Positions 1 through 13,078 are shown, counted from the first letter of the stretch. The stretch: DNA of 64,000 nt from Octopus vulgaris (GCA_951406725.2 OX597832.1:21762001-21826000), one strand, 5' to 3'. Notes: generated by a model from the letters alone, not told the origin. Numbers and translations are program-made.

Positions 1-175
1 TATATACATTGATACTTACATACATACATACATACATAATATTAATGTTTGTTTTCATGTTCAGTTATAGTAATAACAATTCTACATTAATCTCAGGGGC
101 TTCTCTATAATGCTGTAGAGTGCAAATTTATTATTCTTAACATTCCTGTTTAAGAATAATACAAACATCGTACAT

Positions 176-181
<6 letters not shown>

Positions 182-230
<49 letters not shown>

Positions 231-312
231 TATGTATGTATATGTATGTATGTATGTATGTATTATGTATGTATATGTATGTATGTATGTATGTATATAT
301 ATGTATATATAT

Positions 313-372
<60 letters not shown>

Positions 373-400
373 TTGTATGTATGTATTTATGTATGTACGT
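182..400. repeat. (TA)n/(TATG)n microsatellite
   Basis: Direct inspection. Confidence 0.95.
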
Positions 401-954
401 TTATCAATTTGTCTTGCAAGATTCTTGAAACAGATATTGTATTTCGGGACGGTCATTTTTGCCTTTCTGCCCAATAAACACACGCACTATTTATTCGTTC
501 TTCACTCGTTTATTATTATTCTTATTTTATCTTACGTCCATTGCCTGGAAGTATTTCGTCACACATCTGTGACCTCTTCAGCAACCCTTTCCGTCACGTG
601 TATCCTCCTGCTCCACTTAATCCATTATAAACACACACACACACACAGAGTCTTTCACTCTGCCATTGTTGTCATCGTTATTCGACAACTATTTTTCCCC
701 ATCTTGTTTTGCACTTATGTTCTTACTTGTGTGTGTGTGTGCGCGCGCCCACGATCGTGTATAGGTACGTTGTATTTATGGAGATATATCAATGTGTCCG
801 TATCACTACTCCCGTCATCATTATCGTCAGCATCATCTGTTATGTTATTGGAAGTTATAAAAATTGTTTTTAGGTAAAAAAAAAAACATACTTCATTTTT
901 TTAATTAAATATCGATTCATCATTTTGATAAAATTCGTATTCATCTCTCTAAAT

Positions 955-1790
955 AAATGTTTACCCCTTTGAATTTGCTTCCACCTACTAAATCCGTGTT
1001 CACCTCTTTTAAATTACGTTCACACCTATAAATCTGTGTTTATCTTTTTAAAACGTGAGTTCACCTTTTTAAATTTATGTACACTTTCTTAAATTTACGT
1101 TCACCTCCATAAAATTGTGTTTACTTCATTAAATTTGTTTATATCTGTTCAACCTTATATTAATCTCTTTAAATTTACATCCACGTCCTTAAATTTATGT
1201 TCACCATTTTAAAATTTGTGTCCACCTCTTCAAATTTATGTTCAGGCCTTAAACTAATGTTCCCCTTTTGGAAATGTGTGTTCACTTCTTTAAATTGCGT
1301 CCACATCTTTAAATTTACGTTTACCGTTTTAAAATGTGTGTTCACCTCTTCAAATTTATGTTCATCTCTTAAAACTAGTGTTCACCCTTTTAAAATATGT
1401 GTCAATCTCTCCAATTTTGTGTTCAACGCTTAAAACTAATGTTCACCTTTTTAAAATTTGTGTCCACCTCTTAAAATGTATGTTCATCTCTTGAAACTAG
1501 TGTTCACCTTTTAAAAATATGTGTCAACCTCTCCAATTTTATGTTCATCGCTTGAAACTAATTTTCTCCAAATCTGTGTCTATATCTTCGAATTTATGTT
1601 CATCCCTTTAAAATGGTGTTCACCTTTTTGAAATTTTGATTCACTTTTTTTAAAAATTGTGTCCACATCTTTAGATCTGTGTTCGTCGTTTTGAAATTCG
1701 TATCCACCTCCCCAAATTTGTGTTCATCTCTTTACACAGGTGTTTGTTCACCTTTTCGAAATGTATGTTCACTCCTTTAAATTCATGTTC
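955..1790. repeat. Degenerate ~21-bp AT-rich minisatellite (AAATTTGTGTTCACCTCTTT-like)
   Basis: Periodic AAAT...TTCACC motif. Confidence 0.85.
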
Positions 1791-2039
1791 GACACACTGT
1801 GAGTAATGTATATAAGGTGATCTGGAAACATACCTGTCAGTTACTTTTCAAATGTTACACAGGTGGAGGAGGAGGAGGAGGAGGAGGAGGATGGGGGAGT
1901 GATTGAATAGACTAAAAACGAAAGTGATGAAATAATCTTGATCATCATCATTATTGTAATTTAGACCTATTCAACCTTCATTGAACAGAACTATAAACAA
2001 ACATATTTCAGCCGAGACTAATATGGCTTTATCTATGCA

Positions 2040-2090
<51 letters not shown>

Positions 2091-2214
2091 ATGTATGTAG
2101 ACGTATGCGTACATATTCTCAGGCACGCATAATCATAAAATCCCAGATTCTTTACGTTCTCAAAACAAATCTTTGACAATCCGCTATATTTTCGGTTTTG
2201 GAAGAAGACCAGTG

Positions 2215-2780
2215 AGTTCGGTGGGAGTGGGTAAGTCGATTACATCCACCCCAGTGAATCACTGGTATTTATTTCATCAACCCCCGAAAGGATGAAAGAC
2301 AAAGTTGACCCCAGCGGAATTTGAACTCAGAACTTAAAGACGGACGAAATGCCGCTAAGTGTTTTGTCGGAAATTCTAACGATTTCTGCCAGTTCGTTGC
2401 CTTAGCAACAATGATGATAATATACTTACTGGTACTGGAACAAGGGCTAAAATTTTTCAGGAGGGGTTTAATCGATTACATCCACCCCAGTCCGTCACTG
2501 GTATTTATTTCATTGACCCCGGAAGGGTGAAAGACAGATTTGGCCTCGGCGGAATTTGAACTCAGATTGCCGCTAAGCATTTCGTCCGGGGTGCTAACGA
2601 TTCCATCTGCTCGCCACCGTAAGGGATATCCTTTCTACTAACGGCACAGGGTCAGCAATTTCAGGACAAGGGACTAATTGATTACATTGACCCCCAGTAC
2701 TTCACTGGTACTTATTTCATAGACCCCCAAAAGAATAAAAAGAGAGAGTCGATCTCGGCGGAATTTGAACTCAGAACGGC
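2215..2780 (-). mobile_element. Three tandem fragments of family B SINEs
   Basis: Repeated GATTACAT...CCCAGT...GGAATTTGAACTCAG unit. Confidence 0.75.
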
Positions 2781-3055
2781 TGATGGCGCCAGTCTTAATC
2801 AGAATCGAGATCAGTGAAAAAGTATGTGTGAAAATATAAATATTATTAAAATAATATTATAATTATCCAGCAAAAATAGAGCACCATCTTATATATACAT
2901 AAAGCAGTGGCACTGGCTGCTATTTCTAGCAATGATCGTACTTCATCTACCACTGCTTTATATCTTTATGATTCTACCTATATGGTGCTCTATTTCTGCT
3001 GGATAATAATATTATTATTTTGATAATATTTATATTTTCATCATGTGTGTGTGTG

Positions 3056-3452
3056 TGTGGCTGTGTGGTAAGTAGCTTGCTTACCAGCCACATGGTTCCG
3101 GGTTCAGTCTCACAGCATGGCACCTTAGGCAACTGTTTCCTACTATAGCCTCGGGCCGACCAAAGCCTTCTGAGTAGATTTGAAAGAAGCCCATCGTGTG
3201 TGTGTGTGTATGTATGTATGTATGTATGTATGTATGTATGTATGTATGTATGTATGTGTGTCTGTTTGTCCCTCCAACATCGCTTGACAATCGATGCTGG
3301 TGTGTTTACGTCTCCGTAACTTGGCGGTTTGGCAAAAGAGGCCGATAGAATAAGTACTTGGCTTAGAAATAATAAGTCCTGGGGTCGATTTGCTCGACTA
3401 AAAGTGGTGCTCCAGCATGGCCGCAGTCAAATGACTAAAACAAATAAAAGAA
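3056..3452 (+). mobile_element. SINE family A (tRNA-derived, CORE-like, internal microsatellite), 5'-truncated
   Basis: Matches the family consensus repeated throughout the window. Confidence 0.85.
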
Positions 3453-3850
3453 TATATATATATATATAGGCCAGGTGCAATGTTATATCATAAAGGAAAA
3501 ATTCAATCATCGCTAAATGTGACTAAGGATGCCGCCGGTGCACCAACATTGCTAGAAATAAGAGTCAAATTACTCTTAATGCTGTAGGAGGACCACAGAG
3601 TTTAAACAGACACGCTGACAGGGGAGGTAACCATGTCTGTTTCGAGGATCTAGTTTCGCCCATGACTGTAGGCATCGTCAGTGAGGAAAGCTGGAACAGC
3701 GCATAATCGGTTAAATCCCTCCGCCAACATATATATGTATTTACCATAAGAATTTATGGATGATTTAGCGAAATACTAATGTGTATACTAAAGATTATTA
3801 TAAACAGCCAGGCGTAATGTGATACGGTAAAGGAAAAATTCAATCGTCAC

Positions 3851-3882
<32 letters not shown>

Positions 3883-4142
3883 ACTATATACTATAATATA
3901 TATATATATATATATATACATGTGTGTGTGTGTGTGTGTATAGACATAGATATATACTACATATGATAGATCGTTAGCCACTACACACATTTTTCTCTCT
4001 CCTTGTTTTTCCTGTGTCCCTTTCTGTAGAAGAGCGTAGGCTCAAAACATAAAAGACTTTTTATATTCCTGAGCGTTATACTAATACATCTGTTTGTTTT
4101 GTACACCACCTGTCTTCGTCTTTTGTTTCTTTCGTAAACTCT

Positions 4143-4201
<59 letters not shown>

Positions 4202-4329
4202 CATATGAGTGTGTGTATGTGTGTATAGATGTAGACATATACTACATATATATACATATGTGTGTGTGTGAGATTGTGTTTGTCTTCCACCACCGCTAGA
4301 CAACCTACGTTGGTGTGTTTGCATTCCAG

Positions 4330-4650
4330 TATAGTCATGACATCACAGCAGTGCACTTACTTCTACCTTATTATATGTATGAGATCACAGTTATGACATC
4401 AGAACAGTTCGCTCCTCTCTTTATTTTATGTATGAGTCCACGCTTATGACATCTCAAGAGTGGTTAACTCTTTTCCTATTACTTGGATGTATTTACGATT
4501 ATGACATCAGAGTTGTTCACTTCTATTTCATCATTTGTACGTGTTCACAATTATGACATCGGATCGTTAAGTCTTATCTTATCATTTGTATATATTCACA
4601 ATTGTGACATCATAACAATGCTCTCCCACCTTATAATAAATATGTGTTCA
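4330..4650. repeat. Degenerate ~53-bp tandem repeat (TTATGACATC anchor)
   Basis: Six anchors spaced 51-55 bp. Confidence 0.6.
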
Positions 4651-4697
4651 CAATTTCCATTCTCAGTAGCTGTCTTTGGAATATGTTGACCCTTTAT

Positions 4698-5150
4698 TGT
4701 ATCTTTTCGGTTTGAACGGCAGTTTTTTCTAGCAGTATCATATGAAATTGTCACCCATAATTATGACCCTAGTATCGATCTATTGCATTTCAATCTGTTT
4801 TAGGGTTAGGGTTAGTTAGGGTTAGTTAGTGTTAGTTAGGGTTAGGGGTGGGGGAAGGGTATCTTTTTTTCTTCACAAATGTAAATAAACCCAATCTGTT
4901 TCTTAAACGAGGGACATATTCATACGGCAGAGAATGTTTTTTTTTACCTCAATAGACGTCAGTGATTGGTTGAAATTGCAGAAATTCAAGAAAAAAAAAC
5001 AACAAATATCTTAGAAACTATAGAATTTTCTCAATAAAGCCAAGAGAAAAAGATGTTTTATAAACACATTCTACCAGTATAAGAAGTTTAAAAGTGTTTA
5101 GTTACGTGGAAATAATTTTAAAAAACTGCCGTTCAAACCGAAAAGATCCC
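4698..5150. mobile_element. MITE family M1 (GGGATCTTTTCGGTTTGAACGGCAG TIRs, internal TTAGGG-like tract), 6-bp TSD CTTTAT
   Basis: TIRs of about 30 bp; copies at 17443-17866 and 60484-60899. Confidence 0.85.
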
Positions 5151-6245
5151 CTTTATTTTCTAAGATATTTTCCTGTGGATTTATGTCATGTGGCCGGTTT
5201 GCCATGTCTTCTGGAATGTTCTAGAGAGTTCTGTGAGTCATATTCGAACAAGGTGTAACTGATGATACTGTTTAACACATCATTGTACATTAACGCAAGC
5301 AACGCTTTGTTTTGACGTTGCTTCGGTATACATTACTGACGTCAAAGAACGTGAGGCGAGGAGGAGGAGAGAAAAAGAGGGACAAGACAGACAGAGGCAG
5401 AGACAGATAGACACACAGATAGAGATTGAAAGATAGAGAGAGAGAGGGAGAAGAGAAAGAGATAGGCAGCGCGAAGCAGGGAGAAAGAGGTAGAGACAGA
5501 CAGAGGAAGTGATTGAAAGACAGTAAGATAGAGAGTGAGAGAGATATAGAGAGAGGTAAGGAGAAAGAAATAGAAAAACAGGCAGAGAAGAGAAAGTGAA
5601 AGCGGCAAACAGACAGACAGATGCAAGCAAGCAGAGACCAAGGCAATGTTCTCGAGCAGCAATAACCATCGTCTGTTCTCAAGTGTCACATTAATACTGT
5701 TCTAGAGTATTCGAGCCGTCAGTAATGATAGAGTTATTGTTGAAAATATTACCTGATGAAGGTTCATAAATTAGGTGATGAGGAAGTGAATAAAAATGCC
5801 AAAACAACAGGAAAATAAGAAAACGATGTTTATATCACTCCCAAAATACTATACAGGTATGATTCACGGCAGACGTTCATGAAGAACTTGTGTAAATTCG
5901 AAGAGGCGCTAACACACCTTGGCCTTCTGAATTTACGATCTGAAATTTCAAAGTGTTCCTTATCCTAAGTTTAAGCCCAACCCAGATCAGGTCATTTCAT
6001 AGCGTTGGCTAGAGATACTGCAGTAGACTGCAAGCTAAAATAGCATCGGATTTTCTTATGACTGGTGCTATGCCGGATGAATCATTTGAACTTGTGAACA
6101 TTAAAACATTGAGACACTGAACCTCAGAATATAAAAAAAAAAAAACTGAACAATTCCAGCAATAAGTATTCACCTTGTTTGAAAATTTAGAGAGAAAGAT
6201 TTTTATTGGTCTTTGTGGAAAAAAATCAAATCTAATCTAATCTAT

Positions 6246-6411
6246 AGGCGCAGGAGTGGCTGTGTGGTAAGTAGCTTGTTTACCAACCACATGGTTCCGG
6301 GTTCAGTCCCACTGCGTGGCACCTTGGGCAAGTGTCTTCTACTATAGCCTCGGGACGACCAAAGCCTTGTGAGTGGATTTGGTAGACGGAAACTGAAAGA
6401 AGCCCGTCGTA

Positions 6412-6496
<85 letters not shown>

Positions 6497-6695
6497 GTGT
6501 GTGTGTTTGTGTGTCTGTGTTTGTCCCCGCAACATCGCTTGACAACCGATGCTGGTGTGTTTATGTTTGGCAAAAGAGACCGATAGAATAAGTACTGAGC
6601 TTACAAAGAATAAGTCCCGGAGTCGAGTTGCTCGATTAAAGGCGGTGCTCCAGCATGGCCGCAGTCAAATGACTGAAACAAGTAAAAGAGTAAAG
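6246..6695 (+). mobile_element. SINE family A, near full length
   Basis: Head GGCGCAGGAGTGGCTGTGTGGTAAG, B-box-like GGTTCAGTCCC, CORE-like CCTTGGGCAAGT, (TA)n, tail CCAGCATGGCCGCAGTCAAATGACTGAAACAAG. Confidence 0.9.
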
Positions 6696-6899
6696 TCTCA
6701 TTGTTGTATAGCATGGCAACAACTTACCTCAAAGGAAATGTTTGGGCAACGATAAGGATAAAGAAATCTTTTAAATGTTGCGATGCGCGGCAAATCTTCA
6801 AAATTTATGAATATTAAAACATTACATTATTTACATTGTTTACAATTGACGGATATCTGTACTCATCTTGTTTGTTGTTAACACGATCTCTCATATGTA

Positions 6900-7090
6900 T
6901 TGATGATATTTGGAGTAAATACCATGTATCCAGTAAAATAATCTTCTGTTTATTGTTTTCTCTGAGAGGCCAACGGACGGATTCTAATATCATTCTGTTA
7001 TAATTTCCAAGAGCTTCAATTGTAATCAAGATTACCTGAGTTTTCGTTGTCCATATTCTTAATATCTAACATTGAATGTTTACGGACTTG
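6900..7090 (-). mobile_element. R4/Dong-like (restriction-like endonuclease) LINE C-terminal remnant
   Basis: RIWTTKTQVILITIEALG...QKIILLDT. Confidence 0.5.
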
Positions 7091-7244
7091 AATAATTTTA
7101 CAGTCTTCTTTCGTGCAATGGTTCCAGGTTCAGTCCTACTGCATGTGTCTTCTATTATATCCTCAGGCTGACTTAAGCTTTATAAGGGGATTTGGTAGGC
7201 AGAAACTAAAAGAAGCGGTAGGCAGAAACTAAAAGAAGAAACTA

Positions 7245-7478
7245 AGGCGGCGAGCTGGCAGAAACATTAGCACGCCGGGCGAAATTCTTAGCGGTATTTC
7301 GTCAGTCTTTACATTCTGAGTTCAAATTCCGCCGAGGTCGACTTTGCCTTTCATCATTTCGGGGTCAATAAATTAAGTACCAGTTACACACTGGGGTCGG
7401 TCTAATCAACTTAATCCCTTTGTCTGTCCTTATTTGTCCCCTCTATGTTTAGCCCCTTGTGGGCAATAAAGAAATAAG
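7245..7478 (+). mobile_element. SINE family B nested in a family A SINE
   Basis: Head GGCGGCGAGCTGGCAGAA; flanking duplication of AGAAACTAA. Confidence 0.85.
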
Positions 7479-8750
7479 AAACTAAAAGAAGCCCACCGTA
7501 TTTGTGTGTGTGTGTGAGTGCGTGTGCGTGCATGCGTGTGTGTGTGTCTCTCTCACTACCGCTTGATAACCGGTCGATTCGTTCCTTAAGGCGGTGTCCC
7601 AGCATGGCCGCAGTCTAATGATTGAAACAAGTAAAAGATAGAAGATGAAAGAATAAAACACTTCGAAACACGCAGCCTACTTTTGGGCTGTTTTATTCGA
7701 TTTTGAAAATGATAAAGAATTTAATAAAATATCTGTCATTATTAATCTGGTGTTTAAGGTGGCGAGCTGGCAGAATCGTTAGCACGCCGGGCAAAATGCT
7801 TAGCGGCGTTTCGTCCGTCTTCATGTTCTGAGTTCAAATTCTGCCTTTCATCCTTTCATCCTTTTGAGGTTCATCAAGATAAGTACCAGTCGATGTAATC
7901 GACTAGCCCCAAATTCCCCTCCCGCAAAATTCAAGCCTTGTGCCTTTAGTAGAAAGAATTATTTAGCTAGTTCTTAGAAAATAAATTAACTTGAAATTTT
8001 GATGGAAAATTTTAATTTAAATTATTATAAAACAGGTAATATGCATCATAGAACTAAGAGCCATTTCAGGTGGGGTTGGTAACGAAAGGGTTAAGATGGT
8101 AAGATGTAATTTTAAGGAGATTTGGCTGCTATATATAGCACATCGAGCTTCCACAGTAAGACTCTCTCACTGGTTGGTTTCATAATGTGTCTGGTAGCTA
8201 TGTTTTATAGGACACATGGTGTGATGTCTGTCTCGTAGACGTTGAATTTTTGTAATATTCTGATTGAAATAGAGAAGAAAGAGGCTGTTGGCAGTTTTTT
8301 TTCTACTACAATATTATCTTTGGTTTCACTTATTCGACGGGCAGATGAGCAGATAAGATTTGGCTCCGTGTTTCTTACAATGTTAAATGTACCATATTTG
8401 AAAGCATAAAAGACACACGGATATACTAGCTGCACCCCACCAATTTCAATAGCAGACATTCAGGAACGTCAAGGACAAAATTAGATTACGGAAGGACCAA
8501 TTTTGCATATATCTTAGGAATCAGGATGATTTTTGAGACATTTTTTTTTAAAGAAAAGCTTCGCCATGAGTTACGTATCAATAAATCTACCATTCGTTTC
8601 ATTTACAAACTGTGTGGAATGATTAATTTATCAGATTTTTTAAAAAACTAAACACCAGTGTACGTTATTTACATTTACATTATTTCCATTTGACGGATAT
8701 TTGTCCTCATCTTGTTTGTTGTTAACACAACGTTTCGGCTGATATACCCA

Positions 8751-8823
8751 CGGGAATATGGCATAGTGGTTAAGAGCCACGGGCTACTAACCCCAAAATT
8801 CCGAGTTCGATTCCAAGCAGTGA

Positions 8824-8911
<88 letters not shown>

Positions 8912-9170
8912 CATTATTATTGTTGTAGTAGTAGTAGTAGTAGTAGTAGTAATTGTAGTAGTAGTAGTAGTAATTGTAGTAGTAGTAGTAATATCATCGA
9001 AAAAATACCTTAGGAATAAAAACCCAGGTTGGAAATTTCCTGAAGACATCTGATGAAAGCTGGAGGGTATATCAACCGAAACGTTGTGTTACCAACAAAC
9101 ATGATGAGGATTTATATCTGTCGAATGTAAATAATGTACATAATTCCTCATCTCTTAAATATAGAACGGT
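8751..9170 (+). mobile_element. tRNA-headed element with internal (AAT)n and a minimal hammerhead motif (candidate retrozyme or non-autonomous Penelope-like element)
   Basis: A box TGGCATAGTGG, B box GAGTTCGATTCC, then a triplet microsatellite, then GACAT-CTGATGA...GAAACGTT-GTGTT (9045-9090); inverted 3' copy at 8665-8750. Confidence 0.7.
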
Positions 9171-10252
9171 AAACACCAGTGATAAACGAGGATACGTGTA
9201 TTATCCTAAATTTATTGAATAGGGGAAGACCTTCTGGGAAAAGACATCAAGAAAATACGTGATGGAGGAAGCTTTACTGGTGTTGGCCTACCGTTCGTTC
9301 CATTCACAACGTGTAGAGATGATTCCCTTATAACTGGTTCATATATCACTGTTTCCTTGTTTTTAAACACGCCACTCCTTGTTATCATAGATAATCCGTG
9401 ATAAGCGCATATTCTGTATTATTCTGAAGTCATTGAGACAAAGACTGCAAAAACCAATGATAATGTTTATTTTTTGTTCTGTGAACACAATTTCTATCTT
9501 CCCCTATTCAATAAATTTAGGATACTACATGTAACCTCGTTTATCACTGGTGTTTACAGTTCTGTATTTAAGAGATGAGGAATTATGTACATTATTTACA
9601 TTTGACGATAATTTCAATTATTTACATTTGACGGATAATTTCAGTTATCCGGCAGCTCTCACGTTTTTTAAGCTCTCATTCCTAGCTTTACACTGGATGT
9701 TTATTCTCTCAGCTTCTCAGGAATGTTATATATAGAGATATATATTTTCTAAAAGCCTATCCTAATTTTTTTTTTTTTTATCAGATCAGAAACTTATCTA
9801 AAAAATTATTTTGTTTTCGTCTGTGGTTAACCTTCGTACGATTTTTCAAGGCCAACGTTATTAACACTTATATTTCTGTTTGTATATTTATATCTTGGCT
9901 GAAACAGCACATTACTTTGAAGAGATCAGTAAGTTCTCATTAGGAGCTACCAAATAAACAGTAAGTCATCCATAAAAAATAAATTGCGCGTTTTATAACT
10001 ACTGCCTTTGATCTTAATCTTCAGGTCTTATAGAATAGGATTTACTAATAATTTTAAGAGCTTAGATAGATACTATTTACGAAGATACTTAAAAAGATTG
10101 AATGCTATACAATAAAGGCAGTTGGTTCTTGCAAGATTCTTTTGTTTGCAATGTTGACAGAATATACCTATTTCTTTACTACCCACAAGGGGCTAAACAC
10201 AGAGAGGAAAAACAAGGACAGACACACGGATTAAGTCGATCATATCGTCCCC

Positions 10253-10338
<86 letters not shown>

Positions 10339-10508
10339 CTTTCTTTTATTAGCCACACAGGGCTGAATACAGAGGGGACAAAATACTAATGTAGAGCTTT
10401 TCTTTTCGAGGGTGGAATAAAAAGGAAAATAAATGTAAGATTTCCATCAAAAGGGATCAAGAGGAAAAAAAAAGATAGATAGATAGATAGATAGAGGGAT
10501 GGATAGAC

Positions 10509-10591
<83 letters not shown>

Positions 10592-10603
10592 TTGATAGAT
10601 AGA
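10253..10603. repeat. Two (AGAT)n microsatellite tracts
   Basis: Direct inspection. Confidence 0.9.
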
Positions 10604-10908
10604 TAAAGAGAAATATATATTGCTTGCTTATTAGAGCAAATGCACTCAAACGCGTATACTCGAGTTTGTATATGTGCGTGTGCGTGCGTGTGTGTGTGTG
10701 TATGTGCGCGCGCGCACAAAAGTGTCTATGCGCGTGCGTGCGTGCGTGTGTGTGATGTCATTTGCGTTAATAACCAATGAACAATGTTTGGTGCTGTTTC
10801 AAATTCCCCACACCTTATAGGAAACTCAAAACCAATGCTAAACACTCACACACACACAGTAGACAAGCTTACACTGGTATTACACTCAAATATACTAAAA
10901 TCTGAAAC

Positions 10909-10968
<60 letters not shown>

Positions 10969-11329
10969 GATAAAATGAATCATTATCGTTAATTAATCAG
11001 AGACGTAAAAACTGTTTAAGCGATGATTAAACGACGGCACATTGAGATGTTTACTTTATTTACGCTGTTCTTTTGAATTCTAGCGAGTTTAGCATAGCAC
11101 GGGGTCAACTTCCTTTGAATATGTTCCAACAAGTTCAATGACGTCTTGTTTACCGTAATTAAAGAATTCAACTAATAACTTTTATCTGTCACCATCTTTC
11201 AAATATTCTGCTTGGTTGTTCTGCTTTTAGGTAAGTTAGATGTGTTTCGACCAAAGATTGGTCCAGGCTATGTCTAACTTAATAGCACCACCTGATAGGA
11301 TTTGCTAACTCCTTATTTAAGTCAAGTTT

Positions 11330-12100
11330 TGCGGTATCGTGGCCCATTCAAGTAGGGAGTTCTTGTTGAGTGAGTTGTATCCGGGTATTAGTGGCTTATC
11401 TGGGATCCCTTGAAGAAATTTGTCCAGATCTCGTTTACAGGTGATGGAATAGGGAAGAGCCTGTTGAAGGAAGGAAATTGTGTTGCTGTGTATTTATGCG
11501 TTGTGATCCTGAATTGGGCAAGACTTCCACCCGTCCACCCCCAAAAAACACCCTTGAAAAAATTTTCTTTTTTTCGACACAACCCCCTCTTTTCGGCTAC
11601 GGGGAATACGAATCTGCGAAAAAATTGGCAAAAATCGACATTTCTAAATTACCACCCCCAACCCCCATTTCCTTCATTTAAAACTTTTTTCAGAATTTTT
11701 TTTTTCCAAAATATGCGAAAAATATGGAGATTATGATTCTGAAAACAATTTCCAAAAATGTTTGTAAATTATTTTTTTAAGAATTATTTTTTTATGTGGG
11801 AAAATACGGACATCATGATTCAGAAAAAAATTTCAAAACATTTCAAAACGGTTAGGATTTTAGGGTTAGGGTTAGGATTTTAGGATTGGTTGAAGAAGTT
11901 TTGGGAAAAAGGATAGGGGGGATTTTTCACAATGCCGATTTTTAGTAATTTTCCAGAATCCGTATCCGAAAACAGGGATTTTTGGCAAAAAAAAAAAAAT
12001 TCTTAATAAACAAATTTGGGAGAAAATGGGTTGGGGGACAGGCGGAAGTCTTTCCCTGAATTGTGTAGGGGACGTGGTCCTAGCCCTGGTTGGTTAACAT
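11330..12100 (-). mobile_element. CR1/L2-type LINE 3' fragment split by a MITE
   Basis: Reverse translation KRDLDKFLQGIPDKPLIPGYNSLNKNSLLEW resembles a LINE ORF2 C-terminus. Confidence 0.6.
11516..12056. mobile_element. MITE family M2 (GGG(C/A)AAGACTTCC TIRs), 6-bp TSD TGAATT
   Basis: TIRs and TSD visible; internal TTAGGG-like tract. Confidence 0.85.
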
Positions 12101-12898
12101 GCAGTTTATCGCCGTAAAATAAAGTGAAAAGAAATTTGTCTTAAAGAAATTGAAGTAAATTGTGATAAAAACCGAAGTTATCAATTATTCACTTAGGTCT
12201 GTTGGTTCAAATGATGGCAACATTCATACATAGGCTATAAGGAAAGCAATGGATGTTTGCCAAAAATAAAGTTAGGCGACAATATGGGACAAGTGACGCT
12301 TTATTTACAACATCCAGGCCCGTTGTCAGACTTCGGTGTCTGGGGGTGCTCTGAAGCATGGAACAAACTACCTGCATCAGTTGTTAGTTGCTGAGACATT
12401 GCTTCTTTAGATGTTGTTGTTGCATCTAATGTGACTTCGTTCAGAAGGCTGTTATGTTGTGATGGTAGTAAACCCGGATGAAGAATATATAAAACACTAG
12501 ATGGTAACTTTGACGCGTTTATTGTGGTCACACACACACATATAAACAAGTTGCATGGAAGGTTGATAAAAATATATAAATATCTACAGGCATCTGTGTA
12601 GGTTGTATGTAAGATGTTAACCCTGGTGAAAAGCTCATGAATAGCGATATAGAAACCGGTACAGTGTGTTGGTGCAGTGTAGAGAGACATTAGTGGTGGC
12701 GACGAAGATGGTTGTCGCTGCAATGGTGGTCAGTGGTTAGACCTTAGAAAGTCTAGGACCAAGTGACGTCAAGTCGATAGAATAAGTACCAAGCTTAAAA
12801 AGAAGATACTGGGTTCGATTAGTTCGACTAATATTCCTCAAGATGATGCTCCAGCATGGCCGCAGTCTAATGACTGAAACAAGTAAAAGATAAAAGAT

Positions 12899-13078
12899 AG
12901 GCGCAGGAGTGGCTGTGTGGTAAGTAGCTTGCTTACCTACCACATGGTTCCGGGTTCAGTCCCACTGCGTGGCATCTTGGGCAAATGTCTTCTGCTATAG
13001 CCCCGGGCCGACCAATGCCTTGTGAGTGGATTTGGTAGACGGAAACTGAAAGAAGCCTGTCGTATATATGTATATATA

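Noticed and set aside
181-877. Long YIYI/MYVC ORFs here and at similar tracts across the window
   Set aside because: Translations of (TA)n, (TATG)n and (GATA)n microsatellites; no splice or homology support.
4018-4058. CTGTAGA-AGAGC gtag GCTC-AAAACATA hammerhead-like arrangement
   Set aside because: Both catalytic boxes deviate from consensus; cannot be supported from one copy.
4330-4650. Regularly spaced TTATGACATC motif resembling a CRISPR array
   Set aside because: Eukaryotic DNA, anchor only 10 bp, spacers resemble each other, no cas genes.
4800-4860. TTAGGG repeats suggesting a telomere or fusion site
   Set aside because: Short, degenerate and internal to MITE copies.
5857-5952. Peptide YDSRQTFMKNLCKFEEALTHLGLLNLRSEIS spaced like calmodulin EF-hand 1; candidate missing exon
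   Set aside because: No G-x-I loop core, weak acceptor and no phase-0 GT donor to join the exon at 24472.
6242-6573. Recurrent ORFs such as [41 protein letters not shown]
   Set aside because: Antisense translations of the family A SINE, not a protein family.
8751-8828. Possible tRNA gene (also at 16572, 37447, 48281, 48565)
   Set aside because: A/B boxes are present but the acceptor stem is incomplete and each copy continues into a repeat body, so these are SINE-type heads.
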